The notes below the pieces were generated by a model, which was not told where the DNA came from, searched no databases, and saw only the letters and a program-made list of their open reading frames with translations. 64,000 bases of DNA. Source: Salinivirgaceae bacterium (lineage in GTDB: Bacteria; Bacteroidota; Bacteroidia; Bacteroidales; SZUA-534). How positions within the stretch are numbered: the first letter of the stretch is position 1; each line of letters begins with the position of its first letter. The stretch is from contig JBAYKX010000001.1 of the NCBI GenBank assembly GCA_041664345.1, forward strand, positions 138,628-202,627. Reading direction: 5' to 3'. Positions 54,305 to 64,000 of the stretch are shown here, in pieces. The position numbers and the translations under genes are program-made.

Positions 54305-54384
54305 AGTCACGGTGTGACTCTTTAATTAAAATTACCTAGTCAGCTTTATTAAGCGACTTTTAATTAGTAAGTCACGCCGTGACT
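54305..54384. repeat. Two copies of a 15-nt palindrome, AGTCAC-N3-GTGACT, 65 bp apart
   Basis: agtcacggtgtgact (54305-54319) and agtcacgccgtgact (54370-54384), with AT-rich ttaattaaaa / ttttaattag between them. Confidence 0.8.
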
Positions 54385-54423
54385 ATCAGTAGGTTAACTT
54401 TTTACTTGCTGATTTAAGGAAAC

Positions 54424-54463
54424 AAAAAAAGCCCGTTTAAATGGTTTTAAACGGGCTTTTTTC
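54424..54463. terminator. Bidirectional rho-independent terminator shared by tdh (+) and sdhB (-)
   Basis: aaaaaaa-agcccgtttaaa-tggt-tttaaacgggct-tttttt: a perfect 12-bp stem flanked by an A-run and a T-run. Confidence 0.85.
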
Positions 54464-54481
54464 TATATTAATACAATTCTC

Positions 54482-55243
54482 TTATTCCACCACTTTAGCC
54501 ATTAAATATTCCCTGTTAAGGGTAGCAATGTTGGCAATGGAAATTCCTTTTGGGCATTCCACTTCGCAAGCCCCGGTATTGGAGCAGTTGCCAAAACCCA
54601 GTTCGTCCATTTTCGATACCATGGCACGAGCCCTACGGGCAGCTTCCACTTTACCTTGCGGCAAGCGGGCCAGATGCGAAACCTTGGCCGATACAAAAAG
54701 CATGGCCGATGAATTTTTACAGGTTGCCACACAAGCACCACATCCAATGCATGAGGCTGCGTCCATAGCCGCTTCAGCATCGTCGTAACCAATAGGAATG
54801 GCATTACCATCAGGCACTCCACCAGTATTTACTGAAACAAACCCTCCGGCATGCAATATTTTCTCAAATGCCGACCGATCTACCATTAAATCCTTAACCA
54901 CCGGAAAGGTACCGGCACGGAATGGTTCCACCACAATGGTTTCGCCGTCTTTAAACTTCCGCATGTGCAACTGACAGGTTGTAATAGCATCATCGGGGCC
55001 ATGGGCACGGCCGTTTATAAACAAACTGCACGTACCACAAATACCTTCGCGGCAGTCGTGATCAAAAACAATTGGTTCTTTTCCGCTTTCAATCAGTTGG
55101 AAATTTAAAATATCCATCATTTCCAAAAAAGAGGTGTCGGTAGATATATTGGTAACAGGATAGGTTTCAAACTGACCCTTGGAGGTGCTGTTTTTTTGCC
55201 TCCATACCTTAACTTTTATTTCTTTTAGAATTTTTTCAGACAT
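54482..55243 (-). CDS. sdhB: Succinate dehydrogenase / fumarate reductase iron-sulfur subunit
   Basis: 253 aa with [15 protein letters not shown] (2Fe-2S), [13 protein letters not shown] and [15 protein letters not shown] (4Fe-4S/3Fe-4S). Confidence 0.92.
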   Translation of the reverse strand: MSEKILKEIKVKVWRQKNSTSKGQFETYPVTNISTDTSFLEMMDILNFQLIESGKEPIVFDHDCREGICGTCSLFINGRAHGPDDAITTCQLHMRKFKDGETIVVEPFRAGTFPVVKDLMVDRSAFEKILHAGGFVSVNTGGVPDGNAIPIGYDDAEAAMDAASCIGCGACVATCKNSSAMLFVSAKVSHLARLPQGKVEAARRARAMVSKMDELGFGNCSNTGACEVECPKGISIANIATLNREYLMAKVVE

Positions 55244-55261
55244 TGTTGTAAGTTTTTATGG

Positions 55262-55294
55262 TTTTAAGTATCAAGTATAGAGTATCAAGTATTA
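55262..55294. repeat. Heptamer array (TATNNAG/AAGTATN)n downstream of the four-helix-bundle gene
   Basis: Reads aagtatc/aagtata/gagtatc/aagtatt/aag. The stop codon of the gene lies inside it. Confidence 0.75.
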
Positions 55295-55645
55295 AGATTG
55301 TTTTGAACTGCGGAAACTAAAAAGCATTTTCTGTATCTCTTTCACTCTTTCTTCATACAGAGTTAATTCAATTTCAGTAATTAAATCCACATCAAAGGAG
55401 AGTATAAGCTGAGTCTCTAATTCAAACGCACTTCCATTTGCCATATCCAGAAACCGGCACAGATCTTTATCCGAATTGCGGCCACAGCCTTCTGCAATAT
55501 TCGAAGGTATTGATTGGGAGCTTCTCCTTAGCTGGGAGGTTAAACCAAATAATTCTTCCTTTGGAAATCTCCTGGTTAAGTTATAAATATCTTTATGAAG
55601 GCTTCTGGCTTTTTGCCAAACTATCAATTCTCTAAAATTATGCAT
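55292..55645 (-). CDS. Four-helix-bundle protein (family formerly called 23S rRNA intervening-sequence protein)
   Basis: FRELIVWQKARSLHKDIYNLTRRFPKEELFGLTSQLRRSSQSIPSNIAEGCGR..FLDMANGSAFELETQL. Confidence 0.88.
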   Translation of the reverse strand: MHNFRELIVWQKARSLHKDIYNLTRRFPKEELFGLTSQLRRSSQSIPSNIAEGCGRNSDKDLCRFLDMANGSAFELETQLILSFDVDLITEIELTLYEERVKEIQKMLFSFRSSKQS

Positions 55646-55660
55646 CTTACTTTCTATAAT

Positions 55661-55712
55661 CTGATTCTTGCTACTTGTATCTTGCGTCTTGATTCTTGTG
55701 TCTTGTGTCTCA
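55661..55712. repeat. Heptamer array (NNTCTTG)n upstream of the four-helix-bundle gene
   Basis: Reads gattcttg/ctacttg/tatcttg/cgtcttg/attcttg/tgtcttg/tgtctca. Its reverse complement, (NNNCAAG)n, mirrors the array at 55262-55294. Confidence 0.75.
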
Positions 55713-55719
55713 ATCCTCT

Positions 55720-57660
55720 CTATTTATAACTCCGCTGGGCCAACTCAATCGCCTCAAATTTAAGATCCTCTTTATGCATCACTGGTTCTTGGTTTTCTCC
55801 TTTATATTCCCAAGCAGAAACATAAGCCCCAATTTCATCATTCCGTTTGGCTTCGCCATCCTCAGTAACACTTTCCTCACGGAAGTGCCCACCACACGAT
55901 TCGTTTCGAGCCAAGGCATCGCGGGCCATTAAATCGGCCAGTTCAATAAAATCGGCAACCCGTCCGGCTTTCTCCAATTCTTGGTTTACCTCACCTTGAA
56001 CTCCGGGAACCCTTACATCTTTCCAGAATTCAGCTTTTATTTCAGCAATTTCCTGAATGGCTTGTTTCAATCCGGCTTCATTGCGGCTCATCCCAACCTT
56101 ATCCCACATCACTTTTCCCAATTTTTTATGGAAATAGTCAACAGGTTTGGTTCCTTTAACCGCCATCAAGCGGTCCAACCGTGCCTGAACTTCTTTTAAT
56201 GTTTGTTCAAATTCGGGTGCGTTGGTATTAATTTTTGGAACCTGAATTTCGTTGGCCAGATAATCGCCAATGGTATAAGGCAACACAAAATATCCGTCGG
56301 CCAATCCCTGCATCAATGCCGAAGCTCCTAAACGGTTAGCCCCGTGATCGCTGAAGTTGGCTTCACCAATGGCATACAATCCGGGAACGGAAGTCATCAG
56401 GTTGTAATCAACCCAGGTTCCGCCCATGGTATAGTGGATGGCGGGATAAATCTGCATGGGTTCTTTATAGGGATCTGTATCGGTAATTTTTTCATACATC
56501 TGAAACAAATTCCCATAACGGGCTTCAATAACAGGTCGTCCTAATCTGGCTATTGAATATTTAAAATCGAGATAAACAGCCAACCCTGTATTGTTAACCC
56601 CAAACCCGGCATCGCATCGCTCCTTACCCGCTCTTGAAGCCACATCACGTGGAACAAGGTTTCCATAAGCCGGATACCGGCGCTCCAAGTAAAAGTCACG
56701 ATCCTCTTCGGCAATATCATTGGGCCCAATCAATCCTTTTTGCAATTTTTCCGCATCTTCTTTCTTTTTGGGAACCCAAATCCTACCGTCGTTGCGCAAC
56801 GATTCCGACATTAACGTCAGTTTCGATTGTTGATCGCCATGAACCGGGATACAGGTAGGGTGAATTTGCACAAAACAAGGATTACTCATGTAAGCACCGC
56901 GTTTGTAAGCTTGCCACGATGCACCGCCATTACATCCCATGGCATTGGTGGATAGGAAAAATACGTTTCCGTATCCGCCACTGGCAATAACAACAGCATG
57001 GGCACCAAATTTTTTAATTTCGCCCGAAACCATGTCGCGGGCAATAATTCCACGGGCTTTACCATCAATTTTAACAATATCCAACATTTCGTGGCGAGGA
57101 AACATTTTAACAGTTCCTGCTCCAATTTGACGGTTCAAGGCACTGTATGCGCCTATCAACAGCTGCTGTCCGGTTTGTCCGCGGGCATAAAACGTACGTG
57201 AAACCAACACACCACCAAATGAACGGTTCGATAATAGGCCTCCATATTCGCGTCCAAAAGGTACTCCTTGTGCCACACACTGATCAATGATGCTTCCCGA
57301 AACTTCAGAGAGTCGGTGAACATTCGCTTCACGTGAGCGGTAGTCGCCCCCTTTAATGGTATCGTAAAACAAGCGGTAAACACTGTCGTTATCGTTCTGA
57401 TAATTTTTTGCTGCATTTATTCCACCTTGCGCAGCAATGGAGTGGGCTCGGCGTGGACTATCCTGATAACAGAATGCTTGCACATTATAGCCCAGTTCGG
57501 CCAAACTGGCAGCCGCTGAGGCTCCTGCTAATCCGGTACCAATAACAATAACATCCAATTTCATTTTATTGGCCGGACTTACCACTTTAATTTTAGCCTT
57601 ATGTTTCGACCATTTTTCAGCCAATGGTCCTTCGGGTATTTTTGAGTTTAATAGTGTCAT
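55720..57660 (-). CDS. sdhA: Succinate dehydrogenase / fumarate reductase flavoprotein subunit
   Basis: 646 aa with [12 protein letters not shown] (FAD), [23 protein letters not shown] and [10 protein letters not shown]. Confidence 0.93.
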   Translation of the reverse strand: MTLLNSKIPEGPLAEKWSKHKAKIKVVSPANKMKLDVIVIGTGLAGASAAASLAELGYNVQAFCYQDSPRRAHSIAAQGGINAAKNYQNDNDSVYRLFYDTIKGGDYRSREANVHRLSEVSGSIIDQCVAQGVPFGREYGGLLSNRSFGGVLVSRTFYARGQTGQQLLIGAYSALNRQIGAGTVKMFPRHEMLDIVKIDGKARGIIARDMVSGEIKKFGAHAVVIASGGYGNVFFLSTNAMGCNGGASWQAYKRGAYMSNPCFVQIHPTCIPVHGDQQSKLTLMSESLRNDGRIWVPKKKEDAEKLQKGLIGPNDIAEEDRDFYLERRYPAYGNLVPRDVASRAGKERCDAGFGVNNTGLAVYLDFKYSIARLGRPVIEARYGNLFQMYEKITDTDPYKEPMQIYPAIHYTMGGTWVDYNLMTSVPGLYAIGEANFSDHGANRLGASALMQGLADGYFVLPYTIGDYLANEIQVPKINTNAPEFEQTLKEVQARLDRLMAVKGTKPVDYFHKKLGKVMWDKVGMSRNEAGLKQAIQEIAEIKAEFWKDVRVPGVQGEVNQELEKAGRVADFIELADLMARDALARNESCGGHFREESVTEDGEAKRNDEIGAYVSAWEYKGENQEPVMHKEDLKFEAIELAQRSYK

Positions 57661-57728
57661 TTCCTTGTCGATTTTTGTAAATACGCAATTTTATAACTTC
57701 AATTTAATTTGTCTTTACAGAGGCTTCT

Positions 57729-58409
57729 TTAAAACCTAATAATAAAGTACAATGGGATGATAGAAAAACCTACGGCAATTAGTACAGCAAATATTTTTCC
57801 AACCAGTTCAATCCGCTTACGCCAGATATTTCCGCTCCATCCCATAGTCTGAAAAGCACTCCAAAAACCATGTGTTAAATGAATGCCTAAAAAAACAGCT
57901 CCCGCAATATATACCAAGTTATAAAACAAACTATTCTTAAACAAACCACCAACCAAACTATACGTATCTTCCATCTCAATGCCGCCAATTAAAACAGCAG
58001 GATGTGGATTTTCGGTCACCTTGAGCTTCCAATAGAAATTCATGATGTGCAGAACCAAGAAAATGGTAATTAAGGTTCCCAACACAAACATATTCCTTGA
58101 TGGCCATGTGCTGGCTTCACTTTGATCCACTTTATTGTAACCTACCGGACGGGCTTTCTGGTTCATGAGGGTAAGGTAACCCGCATAAATCATGTGCATT
58201 AGGAAACCAATTGCCAAAAGAGGCTCCACTATCTTAATAATGGGATTGGTAGCCATAAAATGAGCCCCTTGATTAAACAATACGCCGGTATCATCAAATA
58301 TAAGCAGTAAGTTTACTGTTAAGTGTACCGATAAAAACATCATCAGAAAAAATCCTGTTATACTCATAAAGAATTTTTTTCCGATGGAAGAACTAACAAA
58401 ATTGCTCAT
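57729..58409 (-). CDS. sdhC: Succinate dehydrogenase / fumarate reductase cytochrome b subunit (b558-type, single membrane subunit)
   Basis: 226 aa, five TM helices with conserved His, first gene of the sdhCAB order typical of Bacteroidota. Confidence 0.85.
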   Translation of the reverse strand: MSNFVSSSIGKKFFMSITGFFLMMFLSVHLTVNLLLIFDDTGVLFNQGAHFMATNPIIKIVEPLLAIGFLMHMIYAGYLTLMNQKARPVGYNKVDQSEASTWPSRNMFVLGTLITIFLVLHIMNFYWKLKVTENPHPAVLIGGIEMEDTYSLVGGLFKNSLFYNLVYIAGAVFLGIHLTHGFWSAFQTMGWSGNIWRKRIELVGKIFAVLIAVGFSIIPLYFIIRF

Positions 58410-58586
58410 AGCACCATTATTTTAGAATTATTTGTTAAAATACTATTCTTACGTCTGAAATACAAATCTAATTATTTTGGTGGCTAAATTAGAAGTAAGA
58501 AACCTATTTTTCTTTAGGCTTATCAACATATTTTAAATATATCCAGATATAATTGATTAGGGTTTAAAGGTAAGTCCAGCCCGAAA

Positions 58587-58667
58587 AGTCATCCGATGAA
58601 TGTTTCTGCTATAATTGCGAATAATTTTAATCTGCTATTCAATTAATTATGAATTCATCGGATGACT
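58587..58667. repeat. Perfect 15-bp inverted repeat in the sdhC upstream region
   Basis: agtcatccgatgaat (58587-58601) and attcatcggatgact (58653-58667), separated by 51 nt of AT-rich spacer. Confidence 0.85.
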
Positions 58668-58979
58668 CATTTAGAGTTTATATACTTTACGGAGTACACT
58701 CAAAGGTCTTTCATAAATGTTTCTGGCAAATAAAAAACAGTACGCTAAATTCTATGTGTTTTTTGATCCAAATACCGTTTCATTGAAAAATTAACGTTGT
58801 TTTTCAAAACGAAAGCATCTCAGTTTTAATTTATGCTTTTACAAATTTATGTTAGCCTTAAATTAAGGCATTCCTATTAACTTTTTGTTTTTCAATTATT
58901 TTCATGTGCGAATGTCTTGCATATTTAAAATGTGTTTAATATATTCGTGCTTTATTAACAATTTGTTGATAACTTGATT

Positions 58980-59702
58980 ATGCCATACAGAAGACTACCA
59001 AACACCGACAGTGCTCGCCTACGGGCTATGCAAAAGGCTCTTCAAAAATCGGAAGACTTGCCTCCTTACAAATTGCCGTATAGTGTTTCAACTTTTCAGG
59101 AATTAAAAAACTTCTTTCCGGAATTTAAACTGGCCTTAGAATATCAGAAAGATTCTTTTGATAGGCAAGTAACTAAAAATAAACACCTTCAGGATAGTCA
59201 AAAAAAGGCGAAGCTTTACATTTCGCATTTTATACAAGTGTTGAACTTTGCCATTGCTAGAGGTGAACTTAAGCCCGAAACCCGCGGTTTGTTTGGTATG
59301 GATGAAGATGAGAAGAAATTGCCCCAGCTTAATACAGATAAGGAAATTATTGAATGGGGCCAAATTATTATAGCAGCAGAACAGAAACGATTGGCCGCTG
59401 GTAATGCCCCCATAACCAATCCCACCATTGCCCGGGTTAAAGTGCATTACGAGGATTTTCTGAGAATTCACCATAACCAAAAAAATTTACAAGAAACCCA
59501 AAGTAAAGGAAGTGGAAAGTTGATTCAATTGAGGGAAAAAGCCGATTTATTAATTATCAAGCTTTGGAATGAAATTGAAGAATCCTATTCTGATTTAACA
59601 GCAGATGAAAAGCGGGAAAATTCTGAAAAGTATGGGTTGATTTATGTTTATCGGAAAAATGAAAAGCTTTCATTTACTAATCTAAAACTCAATTTGGTTT
59701 AA
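58980..59702 (+). CDS. Hypothetical protein (about 240 aa)
   Basis: Long ORF with normal coding composition. I recognise no motif. I prefer the start at MPYRRLPNTDSARL. Confidence 0.55.
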   Translation: MPYRRLPNTDSARLRAMQKALQKSEDLPPYKLPYSVSTFQELKNFFPEFKLALEYQKDSFDRQVTKNKHLQDSQKKAKLYISHFIQVLNFAIARGELKPETRGLFGMDEDEKKLPQLNTDKEIIEWGQIIIAAEQKRLAAGNAPITNPTIARVKVHYEDFLRIHHNQKNLQETQSKGSGKLIQLREKADLLIIKLWNEIEESYSDLTADEKRENSEKYGLIYVYRKNEKLSFTNLKLNLV

Positions 59703-59768
59703 TCTTCCATTTAGTAAAATGCGAATGATCATGTTAAGAAGTCCTATTTTTTAATTCGCAAGTGTTTA

Positions 59769-60152
59769 TTAATTGGTTTGCAGATACTTCTCAAGTATAG
59801 CCAAAAGTTTATTAATATTGATGGGTTTACGGATAAAAGCATCAAAGGAGGCATTTTCAATTTTCTCATTTTCAATTTGGCTCTCAAAAAATGTCTGAGC
59901 AATAATAGGAAGTTTCGGTCTAATTTTTTTAATTTTTTCTGCTGCTTCAAATCCATCCATTTCGGGCATATAAATGTCCATTAAAACAACATCTATTTCC
60001 TGGTTTTTATTAACTATCGAAAGAGCTTCGGAACCGTTTGCTGCACGAATAATAGTAGCCTGAGTTGGTTTTATAATCTTTTCTACAAATAAAAAATTGG
60101 TTGCTTCATCCTCAGCTACCAATATCGTTTTGTTACTCCAGTTATAGCTCAT
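59769..60152 (-). CDS. Stand-alone response-regulator receiver domain protein (CheY-like)
   Basis: ILVAEDE, DVVLMDIYMPEMDG and PIIAQT give the typical D-D-T-K receiver layout. There is no output domain. Confidence 0.85.
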   Translation of the reverse strand: MSYNWSNKTILVAEDEATNFLFVEKIIKPTQATIIRAANGSEALSIVNKNQEIDVVLMDIYMPEMDGFEAAEKIKKIRPKLPIIAQTFFESQIENEKIENASFDAFIRKPININKLLAILEKYLQTN

Positions 60153-60435
60153 AGTAAGTTTTTAATTCTGTAAATTACGTAATTTTTTGATATGCGAATC
60201 AAGCTTACGGTAAAATATATTTGAGTTTTCAAATTATTTATCAATAAATAACAACTGTTGATGAATATCAAATAACCGGAGACTACTGGAAACAAGGCCC
60301 TCGAAGAAAACTGTTTTTATAAATGCTGCATTCGGTTTGGATCGCCGGGCTCCAGCCCGGTTTTAGGATCAACTTCCCACAAGAGAGGACTCGTGCGGTA
60401 GCGGAGAACTTCTTAACTATTCAAAAAAGCTGGAA

Positions 60436-61995
60436 TCATTGCCTCTTTGGTTCCAATCGGATGAGTGGAATCATCATCTCCTCCATAGATATTCCGCCGT
60501 GTTGAAAGGTGTTTTTGTAATAGCTTACGTAATGGTTGTAATTGTTGGGATAGGCAAAAAAATCGTTCCCCATGGTAAATATATAGCTGCTACTCACATT
60601 TAGTTTTGGTAAATATATTGATTGAGGAACGGTAACTTCAAACACCTCTTTGGGATTATAATTCAACGATTTGCCTTGCTTATACCGCAGATTGGTACTG
60701 GTATTGCGGTCGCCGGTAACTTTAATGGGGTTGTTAACCCTTATGGTACCGTGGTCGGTAGTTATAAATACTTCCACATCTTTTTGTGACAGTGATTTCA
60801 TCAAATCGAACAAGGTGCTGTGTTCAAACCAGGACAGGGTTATACTCCTGTAAGCGGCTTCATCGCTTGCCAATTCCTTAATCATGTCCATTTCAGTTCG
60901 TGCGTGCGAAAGCATATCCACAAAGTTGACTACAATAACCGACAATTGATGATCCATTATTTGGGATATATTGCCCAGCAACTTCCTTCCCTTTTCCAGA
61001 TTGTGCACTTTCTCGTAAAAAAAGCTGGACTTAATTCCAAGGCGGGCCATCTGTTTTTGCATCAATTGCTCCTCATAAGGGTTTTTGCTTCCTTCGTCGT
61101 CCTCGTTCAACCACAATTCAGGATACAGTTTTTCAATTTCAGAGGGCATTAAGCCTGCAAACATGGCGTTCCTGGCAAATTGTGTAGCCGAGGGTAATAT
61201 ACTAAAAAAAAGATCCTCTTCCTTAACGGTATAATATTGGTTAATAAGCGGTTCTATGGTTTTCCATTGATCAAAACGGAGGTTATCGATAAGAAAAACC
61301 ACTGCTTTTTTGTCGTTTTTTAAGGTTGGAAATATTTTTTCGCGAAATACATTGGGCGACATCAATGGTTTTTGTTCTGAATTACCATGAAACCATGTTG
61401 TATAGTTTTTTTTAATGAATTTTGAAAAGCCTTTATTGGCATCCTCTTTTTGCATCTGAAGCACTTGATCCATCTGCTCTCCATCGCTTTTTAACAATTC
61501 AAGTTCCCAATAAACCAATTTCCGATAAACATTTTTCCATTCTTCGGTAGTCATGGAATCATTGATTTGCATACCCAATTGACCAAATTGAGCCTGATAA
61601 GTAGAAGTAGTTTTTTGGCTAACCAAACGTTTTTGTTCAATAACCTTTTTAATGGCCATTAAAATCTGTTTTGGGTTTACCGGTTTTATCAAATAATCGG
61701 CAATTTTAGAACCAATGGCCTCATCCATAATGAATTCTTCTTCACTTTTGGTAATCATTATAACAGGCATAGCCGGACGAATGTCTTTTATTTTCGATAA
61801 GGTCTCTAATCCACTTAAGCCTGGCATGTTTTCGTCCAAAAAAATAAGGTCGTAAGGGTTTTCTTTTACCATTTCAATGGCATCATTCCCATTATTAGCG
61901 GTCTCCACTTGATAATCCTTCGATTCAAGGAAAATTATATGAGGTTTCAACAAATCAATCTCATCGTCAACCCATAAAATAGTTACGTCTTTCAT
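60436..61995 (-). CDS. porX: PorX-like response regulator: receiver domain fused to a PglZ / alkaline-phosphatase-superfamily domain
   Basis: 519 aa with ILWVDDE, LIFLDENMPGLSG and PVIMITK, then FLIDNLRFDQW, FVDMLSH and TTDHG in the C-terminal half. Length and architecture match T9SS PorX. Confidence 0.75.
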   Translation of the reverse strand: MKDVTILWVDDEIDLLKPHIIFLESKDYQVETANNGNDAIEMVKENPYDLIFLDENMPGLSGLETLSKIKDIRPAMPVIMITKSEEEFIMDEAIGSKIADYLIKPVNPKQILMAIKKVIEQKRLVSQKTTSTYQAQFGQLGMQINDSMTTEEWKNVYRKLVYWELELLKSDGEQMDQVLQMQKEDANKGFSKFIKKNYTTWFHGNSEQKPLMSPNVFREKIFPTLKNDKKAVVFLIDNLRFDQWKTIEPLINQYYTVKEEDLFFSILPSATQFARNAMFAGLMPSEIEKLYPELWLNEDDEGSKNPYEEQLMQKQMARLGIKSSFFYEKVHNLEKGRKLLGNISQIMDHQLSVIVVNFVDMLSHARTEMDMIKELASDEAAYRSITLSWFEHSTLFDLMKSLSQKDVEVFITTDHGTIRVNNPIKVTGDRNTSTNLRYKQGKSLNYNPKEVFEVTVPQSIYLPKLNVSSSYIFTMGNDFFAYPNNYNHYVSYYKNTFQHGGISMEEMMIPLIRLEPKRQ

Positions 61996-62117
61996 ACTCT
62001 TATGCTTTTAATTAATCGTGTTTGATGAATGTAACCTGCGTTTTTACAACTTCAAAAAAATGTTTGATTCCTTGCTAAACGCTAAATTACAAAAATGAGT
62101 AGCGGTGTATTCGATAA

Positions 62118-64000
62118 TTACTGATTTATATAATTTTGATTAAAGAACTTCTGGTAGGTAATCAGATTTTTATCCTTAAGAAAGGTTGCATAATTCTCAG
62201 CTGAAATAACAAAATCCCGGTAGCCGTCTTCAGTAAGTTCCTGCAACACTTCACCAGCAATTATTACCCCTTCAAAGTAATTATTAGCCATGCTTTGGTT
62301 TTTAAATTTCTTAACTACTATGCAGGTATAATCAGCCGAAAGCAGCTCACTGGTCACATCAAATTCCAAAAAACTATAATAATCGAGATTAAAATTGGTG
62401 AGGTTGAATTGAACTCTTTTTGCATCGGCTTTTTGATTGGCAACAACTAATAGATAATAATGTACCTGCTGTGGATTTGCCGTATAAATGGTTAAATCAA
62501 TTGAGTCGGTAGCCGCTGTTGCTAATTCTACACCAAATTCGTCCTTTTTAGCTTCCTCCAATTCCAATTCATGAGGTTTTCTTTCCAAGGCAGCTAATAC
62601 TTCATTGGCATAATTTACCTCTTCGCTTTCAGGGAACCGCTCTTTGAATTTCCCCAAACTTTCCTTTAATGCCAACGTATCGCCAGTGTGTCCTTTACAT
62701 AAAGCACTAAGAATAGCAAATTTAGGCAACAAGGTACTTTGGTTAAAAGCGGAATCAACAAATTGATAGGTACGGTTCACTTCATCGCAGTTGTTGGCAA
62801 TAAAATATTTATAGGTGGCTTGATACATGAACTTAACCTGATTATCAACTTTCTCCAGTTCTTTAAAATAATCAGGATTACCTAAAACTTTGGCGTATTC
62901 GCTTTGTGGATATTCATTCATTATTTTTGCTTTGTATTCCTCAGCCAGTGTAAAGTTTTTAGTAAGGGCATAAAGTTTATACAAATTATAATAGGTTGAC
63001 AAACGGTATTCTGTTTCCGGAAATCGGGTTAAAAGGTTTTGAAATCCTTCGATGCTTAAGGGCAAATCGTTAAATCGGTCCTTATATATTGAAGCCATAT
63101 CAAAGTAGGCTTTTTCAATTTTTTCCTTTGAAGCAAGAAGCATTGAATCATTCAGTGGTAAATCAACCAAATAATAATCGCGGGTTTTGTTACTATATAT
63201 AATTTTTGTTGAATCAGCAGTTTTTTCGCTTTCGGAACTGACATCTTCAAAACTAACAACATTTTTATTTTTTCTGCGCCAATTATCCTCCAATTTGCGA
63301 TCACCCCATTTTTTCTTAAATTCTTGCATACCCATGCCCATCATACCCGGATTATAAAAGTACCAATTCCCTTCTTGATTGGTATTTTCGTTTCCTTGCT
63401 GCTGAAGGTAAACCAAATCTTGCTGCTGCAGTGCTAAAAGCTCTTTTTCCTGTTTTTCAATTTCCAATAGTTGAGCAATAATATTATCAATAACCGCATT
63501 CCTTTCACTATCCGATAAACCAGCAATTCGCTGCAAGCTGTCTTCCCGTTCAATAATTACTAAATTTTTAACTAATTCGTTCAAATTCTGGCTCTTATTT
63601 TTCACCGAAATATAGTCGGGATATTCGGGCGTTAAAATGGAAACGGCACTATCATAAAATGCTTGGGAATTCCTATAATCAGGTCTATCAAAATATATAT
63701 CGGCTGCGGCTAAATACGAAAGCGCTTTTTGATTGGGATTTAGAGTGCTCAAATTTGCGGAAAGCAAAAAGTACTTTATGGCAATTTCCGCATCCGATTC
63801 ATTTAATGCTATATTCCCCAGAGCATAATAGATTTGATCCCGGAAATCGAAGTTCTTATCGTCCTTTAGCATTTTAACGAGCTCTTTTTTCAATGGTTTA
63901 CTATCCTCTGATGCAGCATTAAAAATACTTGCCCTGTTTATTCGGGCATTAAAGGTCATTTCGTAGTCCGGATTTAAATCAACTACCTTTCCATAAATTT
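62118..64000 (-). CDS. TPR-repeat protein; the N-terminus is beyond the right edge (possibly PorW/SprE-like, unconfirmed)
   Basis: The frame stays open upstream of the track ATG (63959) to position 64000 (..IYGKVVDLNPDYEM..). It has TPR-like helices, a QQQ-rich coiled segment and WYFYNPGMMGMGMQEFKKKWGDRKLEDNWRRKNK. Confidence 0.7.
   Translation of the reverse strand, partial: IYGKVVDLNPDYEMTFNARINRASIFNAASEDSKPLKKELVKMLKDDKNFDFRDQIYYALGNIALNESDAEIAIKYFLLSANLSTLNPNQKALSYLAAADIYFDRPDYRNSQAFYDSAVSILTPEYPDYISVKNKSQNLNELVKNLVIIEREDSLQRIAGLSDSERNAVIDNIIAQLLEIEKQEKELLALQQQDLVYLQQQGNENTNQEGNWYFYNPGMMGMGMQEFKKKWGDRKLEDNWRRKNKNVVSFEDVSSESEKTADSTKIIYSNKTRDYYLVDLPLNDSMLLASKEKIEKAYFDMASIYKDRFNDLPLSIEGFQNLLTRFPETEYRLSTYYNLYKLYALTKNFTLAEEYKAKIMNEYPQSEYAKVLGNPDYFKELEKVDNQVKFMYQATYKYFIANNCDEVNRTYQFVDSAFNQSTLLPKFAILSALCKGHTGDTLALKESLGKFKERFPESEEVNYANEVLAALERKPHELELEEAKKDEFGVELATAATDSIDLTIYTANPQQVHYYLLVVANQKADAKRVQFNLTNFNLDYYSFLEFDVTSELLSADYTCIVVKKFKNQSMANNYFEGVIIAGEVLQELTEDGYRDFVISAENYATFLKDKNLITYQKFFNQNYINQ

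Noticed and set aside
54441-54822. ORFs 54441-54788 (+), 54502-54822 (-) and 54550-54768 (+) within sdhB
   Set aside because: They are alternative-frame or antisense ORFs in a relatively GC-rich, well-supported Fe-S subunit gene.

Overview
The window looks like a chromosomal segment of an AT-rich, probably anaerobic, Bacteroidota-type bacterium. Supporting signs are a T9SS C-terminal sorting domain, a PorX-type regulator, an sdhCAB/frdCAB operon with a single cytochrome b, a TAnnTTTG-like promoter box and no Shine-Dalgarno sequences. Most genes are housekeeping: polyprenyl synthase, rbfA, LolE-like permease plus a DUF4105/Lnb-like protein, aminopeptidase P, GH30, kup, tyrS, NUDIX, mltF, kbl/tdh and sdhCAB. 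Two giant secreted multidomain proteins are present, one partial at the left edge and one of 3048 aa carrying a T9SS CTD.

The standout is a compact 11-gene bacterial microcompartment (BMC) operon at 25768-31568 on the minus strand. It holds eight shell genes: 2 BMC-H, a CcmP-like tandem BMC-T, a PduT-like BMC-T with the Fe-S cysteine context, and 4 BMC-P. It has only three enzymes: a deoxyribose-phosphate aldolase with an N-terminal encapsulation-peptide-like extension, an RpiB-like isomerase with an altered catalytic motif, and an acylating aldehyde dehydrogenase. No phosphotransacylase, alcohol dehydrogenase or regulator lies in cis.

A second layer of unexplained structure sits in the intergenic DNA. 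It is full of degenerate 7-8 bp tandem arrays and GC-rich palindromic patches. A four-helix-bundle gene (splitting sdhA from sdhB) and a GxxExxY gene (between kbl and tdh) each sit as cassettes bounded by inverted repeats. An IS3-family element with a 3-bp target duplication lies exactly between two such arrays.

Three genes (a solute-binding protein, tyrS and a PEGA protein) carry single-base frame disruptions. These may be real or may be assembly errors. I recognised no rRNA, tRNA or CRISPR array by eye.
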